From NCBI GenBank assembly GCA_043228905.1, contig JBHGNT010000694.1, positions 1 to 17,487 on the forward strand: a stretch of DNA of 17,487 nucleotides. Reading direction: 5' to 3'. Within the stretch, counting starts at the first letter, position 1. Each line of letters starts with the position of its first letter. Under the pieces are notes generated by a model. The model saw only the letters and a program-made list of their open reading frames with translations, did no database searches and was not told the origin of the DNA. This document shows positions 1-9,475 of the stretch, piece by piece. Source of the stretch: Azolla caroliniana (Eukaryota > Plantae > Polypodiophyta). The position numbers and the translations under genes were made by a program.

Positions 1-97
1 CGACGACTTAAATCGAGGTCATTATCAAGGATTAATGGACAATGACCATTGGGATCAATCAATGGAAATAGAGATTGTGGGCGATGGTTAACTCATT

Positions 98-114
98 CCC
101 CCCCCCCCCCCCCC
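98..114. repeat. C17 homopolymer
   Basis: Directly visible. Confidence 0.97.
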
Positions 115-425
115 GGAGGGTTTTTATGGTGCGCTTTTCAGAGTAATTAAGCGAAACCAGAGCATTTGTAGCGATGATTTAACAGAAAGAAACAAATATG
201 TAAAAACAAATACGAGCTCTATTCGGATAATGGAGGGTTGTATACATAATGTATTGTTTGTTTTATTTTCTTTACTTTTCCCCGGATTCGGGGTATAAAA
301 AAATAAAACAAAAATTAGAAACAAAACAGAAAATTGTGTCAGCGATGATGGGATTTTTTTTTTTTGGCAGATATTGCGAAGAAAAATGTGAAGTTGTCGT
401 TTTTTGGAAGAGACATCTACAGTAC

Positions 426-435
426 GTGTGTGTGG

Positions 436-469
<34 letters not shown>

Positions 470-817
470 TCATTCGTTCCTTGGTCTTCTCCTTGAAATT
501 TATACATACATACATACATACTTGCGGCATTATGTATGTATGTATGTACACTTTGTAAATGTGTCGCTCGATCAACGATCAAAGCATTTTTACGCAATGG
601 AGATAAGTATGCTATGCTTGTGCATTATGTGTTTGTTTGTTTGTTTGTTTGTTTATGTGTGTGTGTGTGTGTGGTGAGAGAGGTAAATTATATATGTCCA
701 TGAAGAGAACTAACTTTGCAAAGTGACATGTCATCATATGTGGTGTATATGGTGGAATTCACTTAGTAGTGGTGGTGGTGGTGGTGGTGGTAGTAGTAGT
801 TGTAGTTGTAGTTGTAG
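426..817. repeat. Microsatellite cluster: (GT)n 426-461, (TACA)n 503-520, (TATG)n 531-548, (GTTT)n ~630-653, (GT)n ~657-673, (GGT)n/(AGT)n/(AGTTGT)n ~765-817
   Basis: Simple repeats, directly visible. Confidence 0.95.
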
Positions 818-944
818 CAATAGTGTTTAGATCCCTATAAGAGTTCCATACATTGTTGTAAGTTAGTCATGGTGCCGCTTTTTTCTTTCGTAATGAAAAT
901 CATTATTTGAGAGAGGGAGAGAGTGAGAGTAAATTAAGAAGATA

Positions 945-1245
945 TGTATGGAGTGAAAATACATAACTCTGATAATGGATGGTGGCAAATCTTAAAATGT
1001 AGTTGGCATTCTAAATTGCCACTTGTTGCAAAGGTCTTAATTTGGAGGGTTTTGATTAACCTTTAGGATTAGCTCTAAAGTGATGTGGACTAGCAACGGG
1101 CAATGGCTTCTTTTGCATTGTTCAAATAGAAGATAGTACTCAATCTTTGATTGCTTGTCAAATTTGGAGTCACATTTCTCAAATTCAGCAAGATTTATCA
1201 CGGTGTTATTGACACATAAACAATGGGTGTTTGCACGATTTACAC
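945..1245 (+). mobile_element. Degenerate L1 LINE zf-RVT-region remnant
   Basis: From 977 it reads GWWQILKCSWHSKLPLVAKVLIWRVLIN, then after a frameshift PLGLALK*CGLATGNGFFCIVQIEDSTQSLIACQIW...QWVF. This follows the W..K.P...K..IWR...CxxC...ED..H....C....IW pattern in eroded form. Confidence 0.6.
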
Positions 1246-1329
1246 GGGTTCACAAATATAAGAGATGGAGACACTTTAGCATTTATTAATATAATTGTTT
1301 ATTTTCACCAAGAGACACCCAAGTAGTTA

Positions 1330-1590
1330 GTGATAACATTGGGAGTTAATATTTGCAGTGCAATATTCCAAATTTGACATTTTAGCATCTTGCAACTTAC
1401 TCCTTCGTGCTTCTAGTAATCTATGCTTGATGATCACTCGATACTTCATAGCATCACATGAGAGCTCCAATAGATCTTTCATTCCCCATCTCTTAAACCA
1501 TTTCATAAATTTGTTGTGCCTTGCATCATATGTTCCAAGCTTGTTTGGGCAGTCAATGAGAAGGCATATTCTTGACTTTTGTGATATTCG
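1330..1590 (-). mobile_element. Possible degenerate RTE-like LINE ORF C-terminal remnant
   Basis: KVKNMPSH*LPKQAW followed, after a frameshift, by KWFKRWGMKDLLELSCDAMKY...SNLEYCTANIN. From memory this resembles post-RT regions of plant RTE-type LINEs; not verified by search. Confidence 0.4.
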
Positions 1591-2627
1591 TGAGATAGAG
1601 ATAGAGATACAAAGATATTTCCTTGGTGGGGTGTTTGTCTTGCCTATTGATGACTTTACATGTCCCACTACCCATGTAGCGGTAATATTGCTCACTTGTG
1701 GTATCATTGTAGTGTTTTTCACATGCATTCATCAATATATTTGTGTTTTTTCATTGAGAGGGACAAAGAGAATATGCACAACATTAATTATGATTGTAAT
1801 ATATTAGTAAAGCAAGGGATGATTATATAATAATAAAGCTACAAATAATACTAAGACTAAATCAACTATCAATCAAAGATGACCTATATATAAGAGATGG
1901 GCTCATTTTCTTGCTGAGAGTCCACCTACTTTACTCATGGTCGGGGATGATATGGATTTCTAATAGTGTTTTGCTTGGTTGAATATCTAATTCAACCAAA
2001 AAACGTCATGCTAGTTTTAGAAGCATTTGAGTGAGTGCAAATTACATTGTTTGCTATAAGGTCATGTTGGTCAACTGTCCACAAGTTGCGAGCTAACCAT
2101 TTGCTAGTTGAAAATGCTCTTGGTTTGGTCGTAAATGGCATACTTACATATGCTATTTCAACTGAAATAATAGGCTGATGAAGAAGTAAGTTCATTCGTT
2201 TTTCTTAGAACTGATGATACAACAACAAGGAGGATCCACTAGGTGTGCCATATTTGGATGTATACTTATACCCTAGGATAATAGTTACGCAAGACGCATC
2301 AAACATAAATCCAAGGCATTTATGGAGTGTCAATCGGTTCCGCTCTTTACTCTGGTACAACATGGACAGGCCGAACGAAGAGCCTGATAGCTGATCGCCA
2401 CGACATCCCAATATGGAAGACGTTTTTTCGGGGATATATACTCACAACCATGTTACAGATTGATTGCTATAAGAAACAAATTGTGAGCTCGTTGGGTATG
2501 TCGGGGTGGAATCATGTGGCAAGATAACGATAGTGAGAAAGTGGCGGCCGACGACGCTCTCTAGGGTCCATCCAAGAAGAAGAAGATGAAGAAGAGATGA
2601 GCGTATCAATGAAACACAAACCCTCGT

Positions 2628-2720
2628 GTGTATGTACTGTAATACGTATACATACATATGTATACGGTATACGTATGTATGTATGTATGTATGTAACAGT
2701 ATAATGTATGTATGTATGTA
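2628..2720. repeat. (TATG)n/(TACA)n low-complexity tract upstream of the ANK-TPR start codon
   Basis: Directly visible. Confidence 0.9.
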
Positions 2721-2810
2721 TTTCTCCTTCGTTCTCCTGTCGGTAAAAGAAGGTCCCCATTAAACCTCAGCAGCATTAAGAAACCCCCCGGATACAGTTT
2801 AATTGCCTTC

Positions 2811-2847
2811 ATGAAGAAGCAAGCTGATGCAGCTTCCGCATTTGCAG
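2811..2847 (+). CDS. TPR10: ANK-TPR gene exon 1 ([12 protein letters not shown], phase 1 end)
   Basis: ATG at 2811; donor CAG|GTAATC at 2848. Joins exon 2 in frame to give [13 protein letters not shown], similar to the TPR10 N-terminus. Confidence 0.85.
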
Positions 2848-5800
2848 GTAATCCTCTCGTCTTCTTCTTCTTCTTCTTCTTCTTCTTCTTTCTCTTCCTC
2901 CACGCAGTGTGAGTTAGTTATCCTCTGAGGTGTAGCTCGACATTTCTTTTTTGTCGAGTAAAGGCAGTCAAAAGAATGTAACTTACGCTTGCGATGTTTC
3001 TCCGTTCATTGTATTTCTACAAGTCCTGCTTGTCAAATTAACAGACTCAGAAGTACGTGTTTTATACAGTTCGGAGGAAACGAAAATTTCGCTTCTTCTC
3101 ATGCTGGAATGGGATTCTTGAAAACGTTGTTTCTGATCAGTTTAGTGTATGATCTAACATTGTAAAACTGATGGTTCTTCATGTTTTTATCATCATTTCC
3201 TAGATATTTTCTACTTTATAGCTTTGGTAACTTGGTTAAGGTAAGTGCTATCGTTTCTCAACAAAAATCGTAGTGAAAAGCAATTCACAAAGGCAAAACC
3301 GCCATAACCACAACATTTTTTAGATTGTTAACATCATGGTTTATCTTTTAACTATTTCGTAGAGATTTTCTATTCGCAACTTTTGTAGATATGGTTAAGG
3401 GAAATGATATTGCTTTTCAACAAACCTTTTATCATGCAAAGTTATATGTAAAGACATAAAAAAACCACGACATTCTATGGATGATTGAGATCCTGGTTTA
3501 ATCTTCTAGCTGTTTTCTAGATATTCTTAATTTTTCATGTTTGTTAGTCTTAGCTTAAGAGAAATGGCATTTCTTTTCAACAACCCTTGGGTCACGGACA
3601 GTGATTCCTAAATACATAGAAACCAGAACATTTTTTGATGATAGAGATCACAGTTTAATCTTTGAGCTAATTTCTGGAAATTTTCTACTTCATACCTTGG
3701 ATCCCCCAGGATCTTAAACAAAATAGATGAAGAATTGAGTGGTTTGTAAAGCCATATTTTGAGAAGCAAAAATGAAACTACCGGTATGCTTGATCTCAAA
3801 CGAAACATATGAAGGACTCTTTTAAATTAACTAAATATCAGACCCACTGCAAAGGTTACATAGGTGCAAATATTACACTAGACCATCATGTTTACACATT
3901 TTAAGTTTAAGAATTCTAGTAAGGCAAGCTCGAAAGCTATATGCAATGGACTATATCAGTGGGGATGTCTAAAATGTCGTACACAATGTGATAAAGCAGT
4001 ATATTAAAACTCAATATCCAGTTTCTAGCGTACATTCTCAAGTGAGAGAAAGGAAGGAAAATTCAGATCCTAACTGATATTTATGAATGTTGAGATAATT
4101 TTTCTCATGCTGACATGAAGCAAAAATTTATCTCTCGTCTTTGTAAAAGCAAGGAAGTTTTCATGGAAGCCATTACAAATGGGTTCTACACTGCATTCTC
4201 TGACAGGGCTAAGGAACTGACCATGTATAAACATTTGACTATATTAGCTAATTCTATGGTGGTTTGTTAATTCATATCCAAGAGTTAGCCAGGTATTAGA
4301 AATTGTTGGGTTCTTGTTTATAAGCTCTGGTAAGATTTTGATTGAAGTTGAGTGCTTTGTTCGTTTTCAAATTAACTAAGTGCTTTGAGTGCATTCAACT
4401 AAGTGTCCCAAATTAACTGCATACTAGTTTTTTCTGAAAATTGATGTCATAATACTATAACATCCGTTTGTATCAATAACAAAGAAGCATTGGGGAAACC
4501 TAACCAGGACTTGTTCTTTTTACTTGTATTTTATGACTAGACATTATATTCTTGTCTTCATTATCTTTCCCTCGTACTTTTTTTGTACAGCCAGGGAGAA
4601 GGTTAATAAGCTTTTAATTGCAGCTCGTGAAGGAGATATTACTGCTTTGCAAGGTATGCATAAACCCATGATTTTACAAGATTGTTATTGCAAGAAGATG
4701 TGGATACTGTGTATGCAATTCTTATACAACGTACAATTGTTCTATATATTTCTAGACGAGAAAATGTCAGGATGATTGGACAGAGAATATATTGCCTTCA
4801 AGATTCTATATCATAGGATTTGTTTGACTCTATTTTATCCTTAAAGAAAATGTGATAAATCATCCATTTATTTGAAGGAGGGTGGACTACTTGCTTTTTG
4901 CAGAAGCTGCACAATCATTTAATGAGGAACAAGGCATTGCCAAGGTTGTTATAGATGTAAAGGATGCCAATGGACGTGGCTGTTTGCATTTTGCTGCTCA
5001 AAATGGGAAAGACACATTGTGTAGCTATCTCTTGAAAGTTTTGAAATATCCTGTGGATGTATGTGACAATGATGGTGAGCAAGCTTGATTTATTCGGATT
5101 TTTTGTGATGAAATTTGAATTATAAAAGGTGCATTGTATGTAAGGTTTGCCATAAATAAAAACTTAATATCAAAATTTCTCCTTATTTGAACCCACATTT
5201 CTTTTTCTAGTAACCAAATCATGTCCATTGCTCCACAATTCAATCAGTAATTTGCTAAAACTATCTAATTTGCATAGGGGAAACTCCTCTCATCCATGCT
5301 GCAAGACATGGACATCTTCAAGCATCATTATGCCTCCTTGATCATGGGGCAAATCCAGAGATAAGGGGGAATGAACTAGATGCGACAGCTTTGCATCATG
5401 CAGCAGCAGCTGGTATGGTTCTGTCCTCATTGACATCCACATTTTGTACGAATGATTTATATCATTGTTTCACATTCTAGAATTTTCAATTATGGTATTT
5501 TACTGACTGTTGGAGTTCTTTTATTTTTTGTTGGAGTTGTTTTGGCATTGGATTGTGAGGGGCATTCTTCACTTACATGCACAAGTTGCCCATTGAATTT
5601 CAGTATATTACTGTGCAGCTTATGTCTTATGATACAAGTAAAGTAAGAGTATGCTAATGTAATGAGGGTACACTGGTTAATTAACATAGAAATTACCTTG
5701 CGAAAATAGCCAGGATCAATAATTGCAGATTTGATACGTCTATCCGATTCTAACGCAGATATACGGTTACATAAACCATTGATTTGGTTGATTCATAGAT

Positions 5801-8800
5801 TTTTCAGGTGTATTATGGTTATTGAATGTCTATTTCTTTCTGGTACCCATGTGTTACTTTCACAAGAACTTTATGATGGTATGAATTGAATATCTAAATC
5901 CTACTCTTTCTATTGTGATTGATCGAAAAGTTTTATATGAGAAGGCCAAATATTTTTCCTCCTTTCCAAAAGCACAACATGATCTACCTTCTTTGTAGCA
6001 TTTAGCTAACTCGTTTATCTTGATATGCGGTGCTTGTATAGTATGTTTGTGATGCTTTATTCACTCAATAGGTGGTTAACCATTTTTAAAATATTCACTA
6101 AATCTGATTTTAGTTAGTAAGTTCAACCCATGCTTGTATGATTGCATTTTGTTTCATTCAGGTTGACAATTTCTATTTATATATTTTGTTTTATTTAATG
6201 TGCTCGCAACCGCATTGATGAGTTATCTTATTGCATTTACGCATGATTAGCTCAATGGTTGGTGATAGTGCACACAAAAGAAAAGAACTGCACTTCGTAG
6301 AGTAAAGTGTGCATGCTACATGAGGTTGTGTTTAGTTTTTCTGTCTGTGGCTTTGGAAAGCAATTACCACAGATATTCCTGGGAACTGAGAAAATAATAT
6401 GAATGTGTTTAACTAGCTTCACCTTTGTCCTGAAAGTGCCTGTGAAAACGTCACTGAGAGCGTTTTGACTATGTGAAAACATTTCTTTATTTTGGACTGA
6501 GTTTTTATTCATAGTTGAGAACTGTTATGGTTTTTAGCCAAGGAAAAGATGGCGCTCTTTACAGAGGATTCATGAATGGCACTAAACTCTGTGGTTAAAC
6601 TGTTGAAGTTTGCAAATGGCTGTCTCTGCAGTTTATGTGGAATTGCCACATCATTTCTTCATATAGTGCAATTACTGGTTGCAATTCAATTATTGTTTGA
6701 AGTGTCTAGGAACGCTGATTGTTACATTGATACAATCCCTGTTTTCAATATAAAAAAGAGGGTTGATAAGGAAATGGATTCAATCTTGTCCTATATATTC
6801 TGTGTTTAAAATTTAATAGGCTCTGTTGACATTGTAAGATCACTGTTGGAGAAGGGAGTCAATGTGGACATCTCAAGCCATGCAGGATCTCCATTAATAT
6901 GGGCAGCTGGTCATGAAAAATATGAAGTTGTGAAACATTTGTTAGAACACGGAGCTGATGTAAGTGCAACATAAAACAATCCTTTTTTATTTAGGGCACG
7001 GTTTTTTTGTTTGTTTTGTTATTTTATGATAAAAAAGGTACTATGTTCCTGCAGCCAAATGCATCATCAGATGATGATGTGACTGCCCTTGTCAGTGCAG
7101 CAGCAGCGGGAGCATCTAAGATTCTGGATCTGCTTATTGAGGTGCTTTTGTTTTGTCCTTTGTAGAAGAAATGCCTTGATGGAACTTTTTCTAGCTGGTG
7201 ATTTGATAAAATTTTGACATTCTTATTTTCAATAAAGCCGTGCACATGAGCATATAATATACAAAATATTGAGGAAACTATGGAATTGCCTAGTAATCAA
7301 ATGATTGAAAGTCAGTATCAAATTCACATATGAGGAAGAACAGGCATGCAATAATTCATGCACAGGAATCCAATTTCATTAATTAGATTGCCTATCTTAT
7401 TTTTATATCATTAGGAGACAATTTTATTAGTGTACTTTATCATATATACTTGTACATCTTACCTACTACTCCTTGAATGTGCATTGACTCACCTTTTATA
7501 CATTACTTCCAATCACCATAACTTTCATTGTTGTTATCTCCTGAATGGTCATATGCAGAAAGGAGGAAATGTGAATGTGACTGTAGGTGGTGTAACTCCA
7601 CTTCATATTGCTGCAGACAGTGGAAATGAAAAGATGGTCATAAGCCTCTTAAATGCAGGCGCCGACCCGAATGCTGTTGATGAGGTAACACATGCAATGC
7701 AATTATATCTAATGACATGCTTCGTGCAATGAAGAATAACCGTATTGCAATCCTACAGGATGGTGAGAAACCTGTGATGGTGGCTGCCATGAAAGGTAGC
7801 CATGATTGTGTGAATGCTTTGCTGCCAGTGACAACAGTGGATCCACGAGTTGCTGATTGGTCTTGTAAGGGAATCTTGTCATATGCACAGAAACTAATAG
7901 CACATGAGCAGGTTGGTTAACTTATTGCTTCAGTTTCTTTTGACTTCGCACCATCTACATTTTCATGCCATTCCTTCAGTGTTGTTTTCTAACTTGTATC
8001 TTGCGTTAGCATAAAAGGATCCTGAAGGTTTCTAAGAGTTAGCTTAGATGTAACCTACAGTAATCAAAGTATTAATGTTTTAAGGACTCCTGTGTGAGGA
8101 ATTGCTAAGATTAACATGGCGTATTGGCAGGATACCAGTTTAAACACTGAAATGGGTCTTATTGTGTAAGAACATATTGTTGGCTGTGAGTTAGGCTAAG
8201 GCATGCTGAGTAGGATGGAACAAATAACCCATCCTCAACATCAGGGGGTAATGTAACTGCTCTGATGCCAGGGGGTAATGTAACTGCTCTGTTGCACAGG
8301 CTCTCTTTGATCTTGAGAACACTAACCAGGAGCTAAGAAGTGACCTAAAGGATCTATTCATCAATTCTGCAAAGCAAATAGATATCTCTGGAAGCAGGAA
8401 GGCTGTCATAATCCATGTGCCATACAGACTAAGGAAATCATTCAAAAAAATTCACAACCGTCTTGTCTGCGAACTTGAGAAGAAATTTTCATCGCGACAA
8501 GGTGCATTATGAGGCCTCCCAAGAAGGGAACTGCTACTGCTCGTCCCAGAAGCCGTACATTAACATCTGTTCATGAGGCTATTCTTGAAGATTTAGTCTA
8601 TCCAGCAGAGATTGTCGGAAAAAGAGTTCGTTTCCGTCTGGATGGTTCATGCATAATGCGAGTATATTTGGACCCGAAGGAGAGGAACAATACTGAGTAT
8701 AAGTTAGAGACTTTTGGTGTTGCCTATAAGAAGCTAACTGGAAAAGAAGTAGTGTTCGAGTACCCTGTACAAGATGCTGCTTAAAGACATTTTATCATAG

Positions 8801-9003
8801 TTTTTGAGCTTTCAGTTTTTTTTGCACTTTATGGTGTAAAATTCATTTTGTAGGAGTTGAAGGTATCGATGGAGTCATCGTGTGTACGTTTGTCCTCTGT
8901 AAGGATACATTAGAGACATCCTTTTTTCTGCAATCTATTTCTAGAAGTGAGGCAAATATGAGCAGCATGCAAATATATTCATTAGGGATCTTATTGCTTC
9001 AAA

Positions 9004-9034
<31 letters not shown>

Positions 9035-9401
9035 TACATATGTTACATGTACAAAGTTTAGAGAGAGTGAGAGAGAGAGGTTATACAAAGAGGTTATACT
9101 AAAAACTAATTTATATTAAGAAACTTAAAAGGTAATACAAAGAAATGGTCGATGTGGCAAACTAGTTTCGCTCCTAAGGAGCTCATCAGTGCACATGACC
9201 ATTTAGAATTTGAGAGGTTAGAGAGAGTGAGAGAGAGAGGTTATACAAAGAGGTTATACTAAAAACTAATTTATATTAAGAAACTTAAAAGGTAATACAA
9301 AGAAATGGTCGATGTGGCAAACTAGTTTCGCTCCTAAGGAGCTCATCAGTGCACATGACCATTTAGAATTTGAGAGGTTTATATAGGGAATAAAAGGGAT
9401 A

Positions 9402-9475
<74 letters not shown>

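Larger units (their letters stand above)
9058..9379. repeat. Exact 160-bp tandem duplication (9058-9217 / 9218-9377, plus 2 bp), one hammerhead per unit
   Basis: Direct comparison shows no mismatches between the two units. Confidence 0.97.

Noticed and set aside
2-91. Open frame DDLNRGHYQGLMDNDHWDQSMEIEIVGDG* at the window edge, possibly the last exon of an upstream gene
   Set aside because: Only 29 codons, no recognisable motif, and the upstream context is outside the window.
124-677. Overlapping 157-, 142- and 64-aa ORFs
   Set aside because: They are open because of microsatellites (VCVC, HTHT, YIHT); no domain features.
2170-2230. CTGATGA motifs near 2175 and 2211 (also ~9822 and ~12006) as further hammerheads
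   Set aside because: No stem II followed by GAAA and no flanking stem I; the ~9822 match lies in coding exon 9.
2630-2773. Possible 5'UTR intron ending at a CAGCAG acceptor (2768-2773)
   Set aside because: Donor candidates lie within a GTATGT microsatellite; cannot be supported without transcript data.
8509-8784. 91-aa ORF as a functional RPS7 gene
   Set aside because: It is the post-frameshift half of a truncated retrocopy, and its ATG is an internal codon.
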